The notes beneath the pieces were generated by a model, which did not search any database, had not been told where the DNA came from, and saw only the letters and a program-made list of their open reading frames with translations. A stretch of DNA of 64,000 bases from Azolla caroliniana (taxonomy: Eukaryota > Plantae > Polypodiophyta). The stretch is from contig JBHGNT010000016.1 in the NCBI GenBank assembly GCA_043228905.1, forward strand, positions 17,980,001-18,044,000, written 5' to 3'. This document shows, piece by piece, positions 10,148 through 22,650 of the stretch. Each line of letters starts with the position of its first letter. Within the stretch, counting starts at the first letter, position 1. The translations under genes and the position numbers were made by a program.

Positions 10148-13078
10148 TTAACCCAATTGTCCTACTAATAACTCAGAAAACACTGGAGGTATCGTTCCAA
10201 CGTTTGATTTGTTTGTTCCGCTTGCCCATCAGTCTGGGGATGGTAGCCAGAGGAGAGGTTACAAGAGACCTTGAACATCTTGAAGGGATGCTTCCAAAAT
10301 TTGGAGATGAATTGAGGTCCTCGGTCACTGATGATACTGTATGGGAGGCCATGATGCCGAAATACCTCACGCATGACAAGGGCGGCAATTTCCTCACTAG
10401 TGACAGCCTTAGTACACGACACAAAATGTGCCATCTTAGTATATCGATCAACGACGATTAAGATAGCATCGAAACCCTTCGAGACCGGTAGATCTGTGAT
10501 AAAATCAAGACAAATAGACTACCACGGCTTACTTGGAATCGGTAAGGGTTCCAACAAGCCATATGGATGATGTCGTGGCATCTTTGCTCAGCAGCAAGCA
10601 TCACAGGTCCGGTTTATGGGGCATATGGGGCCACCAAAAAGATCGTTGAACTAGATCCAACGTCTTCGTACTACCAAAATGTCCCGATGTATGGGTGTCG
10701 TGACAATTTTGGACGATTTGAAAGTCACAGGAGCAATCGGGAACATATACGAGCTTTTTAAAGAATAATAAACCATCATGATAATTGAATTGTCGGTAGT
10801 CCATACCTGGTTGTTGAGACTGGGAACAGGATGCCCGAGAGGTGTCAATGTGTGCAAGAAAGGCTTGAGCAAAACTATCCGTCTTCAAGTTAGCACGTAT
10901 GGCATCAATAATCTGGGAATCTAGTGGAGTGTGAAAAATCCACGTTGTGTGCAAATGTGTTGGTCCCAAGATTACCTGCTTTTGATTATCAAACGCTGGA
11001 TCACCAGGACGAGGTGCAAGATATGAACACCGCGATAGTGCATCTGCTTTTCCTTGCTGCTTTCCCGGTCGATATGTGATTTTGAAGTCAAAACGCATGG
11101 GGAATTGGCCCCACCGAGCTTGCCGTCGATTTAGTACACGAGCGTTTTGGAAATAAGCAAGATTTTTGTGATCACTGAAGACGATGACCTGATGTGGAGA
11201 GCCCTCTAAGAAGTGCCGCCATTGCACAAATGAATCCACGATGGACAATAACTCCTTGTCATGTATCTCGTAGTTGATTTCCACGGCATCAAATTTGCGT
11301 GAATGGAAAGCCACAAGATGTAACTCTTCTTTATCTCCTTGTTAAGAAAGGATGCTACCTAGGGAGAAATCTGATGTTTCGGCCTCCATGATGAATGGTT
11401 TGTTTGTATCCACATGAGCTAGAATAGGAGCTGATGTAAAGGCTTTCTTAAGATGCCTAAAACCCATGTCCGCTTCATTGGACCAAAGAAATGTCCGTCC
11501 CTTCTTCGTAAGCTCTGTGAGAGGTAAAATAATCTTCGAGTAATCTTGTATAAACTTGTGGTAGAAGTTAGAAAAACCTAGGAAACATTGTACATCTCGT
11601 AACGAACATGGAGTTTGCCACTCTAGCACAATTTTGACTTTAGTCGGATCCATGGAGATGCCGTTTGAAGAGATGACGTAGCCTAGATATTCCACTTGCT
11701 TGCAATCAAAGCTACATCTTTCTAGTTTGGCATAAAGACCATTCTCTTAGAGTCGTTTTAGTGCTAATAGTACATGAGAATCATGCTCTTCCTGGGTCTT
11801 TGAATAAATCAATAGCTCATCAAGATAGATGATCAAACAGATATCCAAGAGGTCTCTAAATATATCATTTGCCATGTGCTGGAAGACTGCGGGCGCATTG
11901 GTTAGACCGAACGACATAACGGTATACTCGAAATGCCCATACCGCGTGCCAAAGGTGGTCTTCTATTCGTCTCCCGGTCGGATCCACACGAGGTTATACG
12001 CTCCTCGTAGATCAATTTTTGTAAAAAACTTGGCACCATTTACTCGCTCTAAAAAACTTGATATAAGAAGAAGTGCATACCTATTCCTGATGGTGACCTT
12101 ATTCAAGCCGGGGTAATCAACGACGAGACGAAGTGATCCACCTTTCTTCTTGACAAAGAAGATGGGTGCACCGGCCGAAGATTTCAAATGAAGAATAAAC
12201 CCGCTTGCCAAGTTCTCCTCTATGTAGGCTCAAAGGACTTCTAACTCGGTTGGTGACAAGTTGTAAACTGGTCCCCATGGTGGCTCTGTTCCTGGTTGTA
12301 AATCGATGGGACAATCGTAGGTACGATGATGAGGAAGAGTACCGGCTTTTACCTTGTCAAATACCTCGGCATAAGGATGACATTTCGCCGGAAGTTGCTC
12401 TAAGGATTCCTTCTTAATATTGCTGGAAGGATGTACTGATATTGCAAATAGAAACATTGCCTCCTTGTGTCCTTCTTCGCGTAATTGATGGACTGAAATG
12501 GTCGAAACTCGATGAGTAGATTCTTGGGGTTGTCGATACCGGACTTCTCTTGTTCTCCAATTTATGTCTGGATTATGTAATTCAAACCAAGGTAATCCTA
12601 GGACAATGGGATGCTCTAGACTACTAATTATATTAAATGATACCACACACACAAAACTACCTAGGACAACCTGAATGGGTTTTGACTCTTCTACAATATT
12701 CCCGAAAGCAATGGGACGACCATCAATGACTACTACAGATGCGGGGCAAGGAAGTTTTCTTAAGGATATTTGAGAAGCTTGGGCAAAATTTCGATCCATG
12801 AAACATGAATTGGCTTTGGAAATCAAAAAGTGCTAGGGCGTGTACTGGAGGAGTACTTTTAGTACTAACCATGACTTGGGCTAAGAACACATTGCTAACT
12901 TGCTTGGAGGGATGGAACCACTAATGGGCTTTACAGATCTAGGGCAGTCCAACCAAACAACTCCTATTTTGGCTGGGCTATTAGTACTATTAATACTATC
13001 AGACACTCCTAAGGGAAGAATTGATTTGGGTTTAGTACAGGCTACGATTTGATTTACCTGTCTTCTTGGCCTCTGGGG
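10148..13078 (-). pseudogene. T0 pol and gag C-terminus remnants
   Basis: Broken ORFs 10165-10434, 10601-11314, 11342-11695, 11963-12211 and 12230-12826, homologous to T1 pol. Confidence 0.92.
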
Positions 13079-13080
13079 AT

Positions 13081-13639
13081 AGTTTGAGCCAATTTCATCT
13101 AGTCTTCTTTTCGGTTTCCCTCATCCTCTTACCCCTTTTTCCCAATACTATGGCTACTGTTAGCGCCCAAGAATATCAATCCATTTTCTCCGAGCCACAG
13201 GGTCTAAAAGAAAAATTTGTTGCCTTGGAACAAGAAAACCAACAATTGTTAGGGGATCTTCAACAAATCGCTCTAGAAAAACAACAAATGCAGCAACAAC
13301 ATGGGGAGTTGCAACAACAACATGGGGAGTTAGCGTTACGTGTACAACAACTCGAAGCAACCATCGTGGCATTGCAACAACAAGGATCAAGTCCCCAATG
13401 ATTTCATAAAGAGCCTAAGATTGGACTTCCTATGAAATTCGATGGAACGCGATCGCAATTTAGGGGATTTCTTAATCAGGTACGCTTAGTCATTCAAATG
13501 CATCCTTCCCTTCCCTTCTCTCCCCCTCCTCTTCTCTCTCCCTCTCTCGGGAATCTTACACAGTCCTATCCTCTTAGTACTAATAGTACTTCCCTTCTCT
13601 AGTACTAAATCTCTTTATGTTTTAGTACTATTCCTGACA
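13081..13639 (+). pseudogene. Inverted T0 segment: PBS-leader-gag N-terminus followed by a U5 fragment
   Basis: MATVSAQEYQSIF reads on the + strand. 13510-13639 is the reverse complement of about 3286-3410. Confidence 0.88.
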
Positions 13640-15396
13640 GTTTGAACCAATTTGGTTCAACATAATGCCTTGTGCCTCCTTTTATAGTGTTCTCAGGAGG
13701 AGTCCTGAAGCTTCTAGAATGTTCTAGAGAAATCTGGAATATACATTAATTTCCTATAATAAAACTTAAATGAAAATAATATTTTATGTATTACAATAGA
13801 TGCTATAATGGTCGAGAGCTTGACCCATATAACATAAGGTCTTGGGTTTGAGTCTTGCCATATCATGATAGGCACAACCTCTTGTGCCACAACTCATTGA
13901 CATTATCGGATGCCACATTCACTTCTTCCCGGCATATCTGGGCATGCATCAGGTACAATGTGTTGATCTTCCGGGTTCAAACCATGATCAAGCGTCCTTT
14001 GCAAAACTTCATGACTCCGTTCCGGATGCTACCCGTGTAGGCATTATCATCTAGTTGACCGGCTTATATCAGGTTCAACCGAACCTCCGGAATGTGTTGT
14101 ACATCTTTCAGTACCAACTTGCACTCGATTGACGTTGTCAAACACACATCCTCTATGCCGACAATTGGGCACATACCTTCATTTCCCATCCGGACACAAC
14201 CCTGATCTCCGACTCTTTAAGATGAGAAGCACTTCCGGTTGGGGGTCAGATGGAATGACGCTCTAGAGTCGACCACCCATGTCGTTTCGTTGTTGACAAG
14301 ATGTAGCTCGTTTTCCTCGGTGATGAGCAATAACTCTTCTTCACTTGTCACGATTGCTAACGTTCCTCTCCTTTCCGAATTCTTCTTCGGTTTCGGAATG
14401 TTGGCTCCCCATTTGGCTTTCTGGAAGTTTCGTCAATTCTTCTAGAAGTTACACAAGACAAACACAAGATGTTAATGTGGAAAACCCTAATACGGAAAAA
14501 CCACAAGAGCCCACTGACTCCAACTATCACTATGAGAGGAAGGATACAATGCGAGACTTAGAAGCAACGATCTCGAGCTCTATGTCTTCGCCAACTGGCG
14601 GTTACAACAGAAAAAAAATACTTTCTATTTCTCACTTGCTCTCTCTCGCTGTACAACAAAATGATAACAACCAATGACCATATCAAAGTGATTGCCCTAA
14701 GTCATATTTATACCTATATGACGTGAGGACTATTTACAAATATGGCCATGATAGGCACACTAGAAACATATTTATAGATATGTCCTTGGATCCGGTTCAC
14801 ACTAGATCCATCCGGATACCTTCCGGATCCGTCCGGTTTGGTTCCTTTCTTCGGCTTGTCCGATCCGTCGCATCCGGATCCCATCCAAAGGGACCGAATT
14901 CCCAACAGAAACTCACCCCCTCCGAACCTGCACATCCTTCGGTATGTGCTAAAGTTTCCGGTACTTGTTACTCTTCTTCATCCGTAGCACCCTTTGTCTC
15001 TTCCCCTATGCCGATTATTAAATCTAGCTCACTTTCCTCGCTTTGTGCACTTTCGTGATCCTTGTCCGATTGCTCCTTTGTTTCGGGTTTGTCTAAGATT
15101 ATGTAGGGTTCGTCATCAATTCACTTTTCGAAAATCTTCGCCCGCTTCCCCGTTGTAGGCACTTGAAGTATTGTCCCATCTAGCTCACTTAGCCGATAAG
15201 TTTCGTTGTCGAATGCTTTTTGAACCTTGTATGGTCCGAACCACCTTTGAGTGAATTTCCGTATCGTTGTGTTTTGATGATCCAAACTACTGTCATAGAC
15301 TATCACCCAATCTCCTTCTTCAATCTTTCGTGGTCATAGACGGTGCTTTGTGTCGAATCAACTTTTGTTCTGAAATCACGCTTCTTGTTGTCAGCG

Positions 15397-17962
15397 TGTG
15401 GTGTTGATCACAACGTAAGTGTGCAACGGAAAAAGAAAATGCGAATTTGGGAAGTAAGCACGGGGCTGCTTGTCAAAGAAAGAGGAGAAACGAAAGTAGC
15501 TTGTATTCATATATCAAGATGATTACAATAGTATTTCTTGTCTATCTGATTACAATAGTCTTTTACAACTTTTGTTCTTCCCCACTTGATAAGTTTACTC
15601 TTCCCCTTTTTATATATGAGGAAGGTGGGTGCATGAGTGACAAGTGTCACCCATGCATGAAAAAGTGGGTGCATGAATGACAAGTGTTACCCATGTATTA
15701 GGAAGGTGGATGCATGAGTGCCAAGTGTCACCATGCATAAGAGGCACCTACATTATTGGGTAATAACATTAATAGCTAAAATACTTGACAAAAATGTACT
15801 TTGAATAAGTATTTAGCTTAATAAGTGGGTAATAGCTTTAATAGCTAAAATAACTCTAAGAGCTTTAATAACTATCATAGCTTTAATAGCTCTAATAGCT
15901 GATATTGATAATAACAAGTGTGTTGATAATAGGTATTTAGCTTTAAAATATTTTACTCGATATTATGTTTTATCATAGATTTTACTAGCTATTATCATCC
16001 TATGACGAATGTTCTTATCAAGTTATTAGCCATCGCGTAGCTAAACAACCATTTACAAAGTTTTGAATCAGTTCATATAATTTGGTAGAGGTTATTTTCT
16101 CATTGTGGTACGAAAACATCACGATATCCTCCCCCTCTAGACCTGCGCATCCTTCGAAATGTGCCAACAAACATGTCCTTCTTCAGGTTCATGGATGTCA
16201 TCTTCGTTGAGGAAGTTCACGCTATGATCTTCACTTAAAATTTGACTCATAAGATGCCGAGTTAATTCGTAATTCTTCTTTATTTCTATCATGCTCCCGC
16301 CTAACAGTAAGAAATTGAACACTCCTTTTACCATCGATACTTCGAATCCTAGCATATGTCAAGCCATCTTCAAGCACCTTCGTCTCCATCCTAGAAGATG
16401 TGATATATGGTTGCCCAAGAATCACTGGGTATGATGAGATCTTTTGGATAAAGAAATGTTGCTCCATTGGCACATCTCCAATGATAACTTTGATGTTTGG
16501 GCAAGCTCCATGACGTTCCTCAATCATTGAATTAGCCGATTTTACCCTCCACCCATGATTCGTTTCCATTTGCCATCTGCCTTTCTTGTAAATATCATAA
16601 GAAATTAGATTAATTTTGGAGCCGTGGTCATTTAAGGCCACGACCGGATCTTCAAGGTTTTCAATCTTCACGGGTGTCACAGTTTTTGCTCTGGCCCAAT
16701 GTTTCTTAGCATAGTAGCTTTTTAGCTCTTTTGGCTTCTCTTCAAAATTTGTCGTCACAATAGCTTGTGTACCAACAATGGAAGAGCTTGGTTCTCCTTT
16801 GATGACTTCCACTGTTGCTTTCTTCACTTCACTTCCTGGGTTTTCAGCGGCTTCAATACTCTGCCTTTTTCTTTTAATTCCATCTATTATTGCTTCATGA
16901 AATTCCTTTTTAGCTATGCCCAAAAGTTCCCTCAAGGAAAGCTCCACATTGCTATCTAAAATTATTTCTTCTAGTACTTTTTTTAAGTCAGTTGAAGCAT
17001 CAATATTTGATAATAATTTGAATGAGGGACTCTTCTTATCCTTACCTTTTTCAATGTCAGGGCTTGCCATTTTTGGACTTTTCGTCTCCCTCTTTCTGCA
17101 CATTCTTGTGTTTGCATCATTCTTTCAATCATTTGTAACACCACATTGATTTATGGCTCCACAACGGCTTCTTGGTTGATCCGTGGCTCTGAGACTGCTT
17201 GTTGGTTCTCCATCTCTCTTAACTTCCCTGGTTCACGTCGGGTTCACCACTATGGTGTTGATCACGACATAAGCGTGCAATGGAAAAAGAAAATACAAAT
17301 CTGGGAAGTAAGCATCGAGCTTCTTGTCAAAGAAAGAGGAGCAATGAAAATAGCTTGTATTCATATATCGAGATGATTACAATAGTATTTCTTGCCTATC
17401 TTATTACAATAGTCTTTTACATCTTCTGTTCTCCCCCCCTTGATAAGTTTACTCTTCCCCTTTTTATACATGAGGAAGGTGGGTGCATGAGTGCCAAGTG
17501 TAACCCATGAATGAAAAAGTGGGTGCATGAATGGAAGTGTTACCCATGTATTAGGAAGGTGGATGCATGAGTGCCAAGTGTCACCCATGCATAAGAGGCA
17601 CCTACATTATTGGGTAATATCTTTAATAGCCAAAATACTTGATAAAAATGTACTTTGAATAAGTATTTAGCTTAATACATGGGTAATAGCTTTAATGGCT
17701 AAAATAGCTCTAATAGCTTTAATAGCTCTAATAGCTGATAGTGATAATAACAAGTGTGTTGATAATAGGTATTTAGCTTTAAAATATTTTACTCGATATT
17801 ATGTTTTATTGTAGATTTTACAAGCTATTATCATCCTATAACGAATGTTCTTATCCAGTTATTAACTATCTCATAGCCAAACAACCATTTACAAAGTTTT
17901 GAATAAGTTGATATAATTTGGTAGAGGTTATTTTCTTATCATGGTACAAAAACGTCACGACA
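15397..17962 (-). mobile_element. G1: short non-autonomous Trp-primed gypsy derivative
   Basis: LTRs at about 15397-16126 and 17251-17962. Trp PBS at 17232-17249. PPT at 16127-16137. Flanks GCGT/ACGT; the host integrase frame rejoins across it. Confidence 0.9.
16231..17103 (-). CDS. G1 ORF: gag-PR linker plus retropepsin-like protease
   Basis: 290-aa open frame with DHGSKINL and VILGQPY; homologous to the G2 PR region. Confidence 0.75.
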   Translation of the reverse strand: MCRKRETKSPKMASPDIEKGKDKKSPSFKLLSNIDASTDLKKVLEEIILDSNVELSLRELLGIAKKEFHEAIIDGIKRKRQSIEAAENPGSEVKKATVEVIKGEPSSSIVGTQAIVTTNFEEKPKELKSYYAKKHWARAKTVTPVKIENLEDPVVALNDHGSKINLISYDIYKKGRWQMETNHGWRVKSANSMIEERHGACPNIKVIIGDVPMEQHFFIQKISSYPVILGQPYITSSRMETKVLEDGLTYARIRSIDGKRSVQFLTVRREHDRNKEELRINSASYESNFK

Positions 17963-18050
17963 ACGTATCGCTTCCGCTACGTATTCTGGTCTTCCTTCTA
18001 GCTGTCGTATCCAGACCGCTAGTAGTTCTTCCTGACTCATTTCTTCCTTC

Positions 18051-18547
18051 CATCTAGGGTGTATAAACACTATAGTCGATAAAAAAAACGCATGAGGTTA
18101 GAAAAACATGTTAGAGAAAGCATATAGTCTATAAATAGAGAAAGCATGGAGTTCATCGTTAGAAAAAAAGCATGGATTGCTAAGACTCTCTCATCACTAT
18201 ATAAGGATGGGGAGCACAATGTAATGGTAGAGTGTGAAAACTTTGGAAATTGGATATATTTCTAAAAACACCAATTAATAATTATATTCGTGGGATTCAT
18301 GAAATAAACTATACTCGTGGGATTCACGAGGTTTCTATATCTCTCTCTTTTAATCCAAATTCATACTCTTATCTTAATATTGATCTAATAAAATACATTA
18401 TACTCTTGGGATTCACGAGGTTTTTCTATCTCTTTCTTAAAATCTATTCATAACTAAATTAGCCTCAAATTCTTCTTCCTCCTAGTCCAAAACCCCAACG
18501 GTTCCCACCTGACTTAGGCAAATGATCCGGCGCCGAAAGGCACGACA
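18051..18547 (+). repeat. 3' half of a G0-family LTR, opposite orientation
   Basis: Aligns to about 36350-36991 and ends GGCACGACA. Left end lost at a CATCTAG microhomology. Confidence 0.85.
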
Positions 18548-19067
18548 ACGATTGGAGTATGTCCTCGTTCGATCTTCTCGTTTGCTTTTGGATTGTATGT
18601 TGTGGTTAGTGTCAACCAAACTCCATGTTTGGCGAAGAATTCCCTGGCTTGGTCAGAGTCAAATTCTCCCTGATCCGCAATCACTTGTCCTACACACCCG
18701 TAGCTGCAAAACACTTCTTACAAGAGAAATTGGCATACTGTAGAACATGTTTTCCTCCGTAGCGCCCGACCTTCTACTTGGTTCGTCAGATCTTCCTGAA
18801 CTAAGACCAAGTACTTCTTTTGTTCCATCCCAGTTGACATGGCCACAATGTTGATCATCCATTTAAAATTGATTGTCGGATGTAATTCTTCTCGGTGTTG
18901 TACTCCGGGGTAGATTTGACATTTCTTGTAGATTTTCGTGAACTTCGCTACATCCTTGTACATATTCTTCTGCCAATATTCTTGCTTGATCTTTGCAAAT
19001 GTCACCCATGTTCCACCAATATTTTTGCTTGATCTTTTCCCGAGATATTTCAAACCTCTGGATTAAG

Positions 19068-19540
19068 TGACTTTACATATGCAATCCATCTTAGTATAGT
19101 GTTAAGTAATTAGGTAATTAACTAGGGTTAATTAGAGACTAATTATATGGTTACGTTAAGCAACGGAAGATTAGTATGACATGCATGTGAGAGTGTGTGA
19201 GAGGAAAAGAGAGAGAGAGGAAGTTACACTTATGAACACGAAGATAAATGGGGGATGATTGACTATATTGAAAAGTGTCATCAACATACAAAAATACCCA
19301 CAATGAGGTATATATACAACCCATGTGCAAAGGTGCACATGTATGGGTAGAACATAGGTACTTATGTGTAAGTCCTACATTAAATGTACTAAGGAGTGGA
19401 GGATCTAGAATATCCCACTTAAGTACAAGGTCCTATTTAAAGGCTTAAGGTTAACACATTAACTAGATTCGATCTAGGTAACTACTAAGTTACATGTGTT
19501 GACTAACTAGATTAAACTAGTTGAGCTCGATATCTTAACA
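19068..19540 (-). repeat. LTR X of a copia-like family (left boundary approximate)
   Basis: Minus strand begins GGGGGCG|TGTTAAGATATCGAGCTCAAC, similar to the start of the copia F LTR. Confidence 0.6.
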
Positions 19541-19629
19541 CGCCCCCGGGGAGTTTGTTGGGAGACAGGTCCCTCCAGATGGGAAGGGAGAAGAACAATG
19601 TCGATGAAGAAACTCGGCCGAGGCCGAAA

Positions 19630-19992
19630 CCGGATAGCACAGACCCGGTGAGAACCGAAAGAGGAGTACTCGGCTACGGAGAGCCGGATGGTGCAGACCC
19701 GGTGAAGACCGGATGAGGAGTACCCGGCTACGGAGAGCCGGATGGCACAGACCCGGTGAGAACCGGATGAGGAGTACTCGGCTACGGAGAGCCGGATGAG
19801 GAGACCCGGTGAAGACCGGATGAGGAGTACTCGGCTACGGAGAGCCGGATGGTGCAGACCCGGTGAAGACCGGATGAGGAGTACCCGGCTACAGAGAGCT
19901 GGATGGTGCAGGCTTGGTGAGAACCGGATGAGGAGTACCCTGCTACGGAGAGCCGGATGGTGCAGACCCGGTGAGGAATGCTCACCGGATGA
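19630..19992 (+). repeat. About 54-bp tandem repeat array in U3 of the upstream copia B LTR
   Basis: About 6 units of GAGAGCCGGATGGTGCAGACCCGGTGAAGACCGGATGAGGAGTACCCGGCTACG. Confidence 0.92.
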
Positions 19993-20492
19993 AGAGACAT
20001 ATTCGTAAATATGTTTCTGAGAGTCCATCGAGGCTATATTTGTAAATAGCCGAAAAGTCATATTAGTATAAATATGACTTAGGGAAAACTTTTAGCAACT
20101 GTTATTGTTGTCATTTTTTCCTTTGTTGGTGCAAGAGGAAGAGAGAGCACGTAATAGTGTACAGAGAGAGAGAGAGAGAAAGAGGTCGTTGCCTCTGTTG
20201 TAACCGCCGCGTGTGGCGAAGATCTGTGAGCACGAGGTCGTTGCCTCAGTGAACTCACTGTTGTACATTCTCACATAGTGACAGTTTGCAGCCTGTGGGT
20301 TGCCGTGGTTTTTCCCCTAGTTTGGGGTTTTCCACGTAAACTTCCTGTGTATTATTATTTTTCTTCTCCACTGTGTCGTGCATTTGTTTCCCGTTTTCTG
20401 TGTATGAAAAGAAGCTCGGTTGTGGCCGAGTGTTGGACAAAAGGAGCCTTGAGTTCCCGTCAAGTGGTATCAGAGCGAGGTTGACACAGAAA

Positions 20493-22281
20493 ATGGACGA
20501 ATCATTTGGCGGCATGTTCAAGCTCACTGGCTCCAACTATTCAGTATGGAAGTCGAAGATGAGGGACATGCTCGTTGTTAAAGACCTCTGGCTGCCGGTT
20601 CAATTCGGGGACAAGAGACCGGACAAAATCGACGCCGCGATATGGGAGGTGATGCACATGAAGACAACGGCGTACATACGGTGCTTCATTGACATGAGCC
20701 TGGACAACAACTTCAATGAAGAGAGCAAGGCTCATGAGCTCTGGGAGAAGATCGACATAATGTTTCAAAACAAAAATGTTGTTAATCAGGTTTCGGTATT
20801 CCGGAAGCTAGTAAGACTCCGGTACCAAGATGGCTCCAGCATGGCGGAGCATATGAATGCCTTCCAGGGGCTGATACACCAGGAAACGTCATTGGAAGTA
20901 CCTCTTGCCGATGAGGTATTAGCGCAACTCCTGCTCGGTTCCCTCCCGGATAGTTGGGAGACGTTGGTTGTCACTTTGAGCAACGCCGGGCCGGAAGGAA
21001 AACGGTTATCCCTACCAAGAGTAAAGTCGAGCTTGCTAGATGAGGAGGCGCGTCGGAGAGACAAAGATACGAGCTCCGACTCCAAAGCGCTTCTTACCGA
21101 ATCGGAACATGGAAGACATAGAAACCGTAGTCCCCAGAACCGAGAGAAGTCGGGGACACGGTCAAAGTCAAGGGGGAGGCCCACTTGCTTCTATTGCGGC
21201 AAGCCGGGTCATTTCCAAAAGAACTGTCGGCATTTCCGTAAAGACAAGGAAACCGATGGTACCGATTCGAAGTGGACCCCGGACCGGAACGGTAAAGACC
21301 GGAAGGGGACGGACCGGAAGGGAATGACGGCAATCGCGGCAAGTGAAGAAGAGTTGATGCTCATCACATCGGAGAGTGAGATAAACCTTGCCGACGACGA
21401 GATGACTTGGGTGGTCGACTCCGGAGCGTCGTTCCACCTTACCCCGGACCGGAAATGCTTCTTATCCTACTCAGCCGGTGACCACGACTGTGTCTGGATG
21501 GGGAATGAAGGTACATGCCGAATTGTCGGCATAGGAGACGTGTGGTTGTCAACACCAACAAGATGCAAGTTGCTGCTGAAGGATGTCCGACACCTTCCGG
21601 AGGTTCGTCTGAACCTGATATCAGCCGGTCGGCTAGATGATGAAGGCTACACGGGTAGCATCCGGAACGGGGTCATGAAGTTCGGCAAAGGGAGCCTGAT
21701 TGTGGCTCGGGCCCGGAAGGTCAACACGTTGTACCTGATGAATGCCCGGTTATGTCCGGAAGAAGTGAACGTGGCATCCGACACTGCCGGTGAGCTGTGG
21801 CACAAGAGGTTGTGTCATATGAGCGAGAAGGGGATGAAGAGGCTTGCAGACGACAACCTCATTCCAGTGAAGAACGTGCACTTAGAGAAGTGCACTGATT
21901 GTCTGGCTGGTAAGCAGAACCGGACCTCCTTCCGACCAAGGCCACCGATGAGACGTAATGCACGACTGGAGTTGGTGCATACGGATGTGTGTCAAGTAGA
22001 CACGAAGTCACATGCCGGAGCGCAGTACTTCGTGACGTTCATAGATGACCACAGTCGAAAGCTGTGGGCCACACTGCTGAAGACGAAGGATCAGGTGTTA
22101 TCCGTCTTCAAAGAGCTCCACGCGAGAGTGGAAAGAGAAGCTGGCCGGAAGCTGAAGGCGGTTCGAGCAGACAACGGAGGAGAATACCGGGGGCAGTTCG
22201 AGGAGTACTGCCGCTCGAAGGGAATCCGGCTTGAATTTACCGTGCCGAAGACGCCGGAACTAAACGGACTGGCCGAGAGGA
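20493..22281 (+). CDS. Copia B Gag-protease-integrase N-terminal part, truncated
   Basis: CFYCGKPGHFQKNC, WVVDSGAS, LWHKRLCH, VHTD, ADNGGEY, TPELNGLAER. Confidence 0.93.
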
Positions 22282-22650
22282 GCGGATGCGTGGAATGAGG
22301 CGGGACCTCGGGGGTCTTGTACCAAAGAACAAGAGAGAAAGGAGAAGGGAAGAGACCCACTAGGTGCGAGCGTAGATCCACAGGGACACGGCCCTTCGAC
22401 ACGAAGACGCGAGCGGGAAACCAACACAGAGAGACATGAAGGAATGTATGTATATATTAACAGAGACTAACAACGAAACACGGAAGCAACAAAACATGAA
22501 GTCGGTTACAACCGAACAGGCCGGCGAACAGATGCCGATGCCTGTTCATAAACGCACAGAAAGACAGGAGCAGATTGGAGGTGCTGCCAGAAGCACTCGG
22601 GCATTCCTCAGAGCAGCGCGAGCCTCCCGAAACCTGCACAGAAGGCAGCT

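Larger units (their letters stand above)
3286..13870 (-). mobile_element. T0: older Tcn1/sushi-like gypsy chromovirus
   Basis: 3' LTR at 3286-3715 and rearranged 5' LTR ending at 13870. Perfect 5-bp TSD GGCAC (3281-3285, 13871-13875). Degenerate PR-RT-RH-INT-chromodomain. Confidence 0.92.
1098..14907 (-). mobile_element. Copia A (Ty1/copia), degenerate, interrupted by T0
   Basis: 3' LTR at 1098-1612 and truncated 5' LTR at about 14451-14907. PPT at 1613-1623. TSD GACAC/GAAAC. RT/RNase H motifs (CDNQSVIHLA, KWVYKLK) and GAG-pre-integrase motif LWHKRLCH. Confidence 0.85.
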
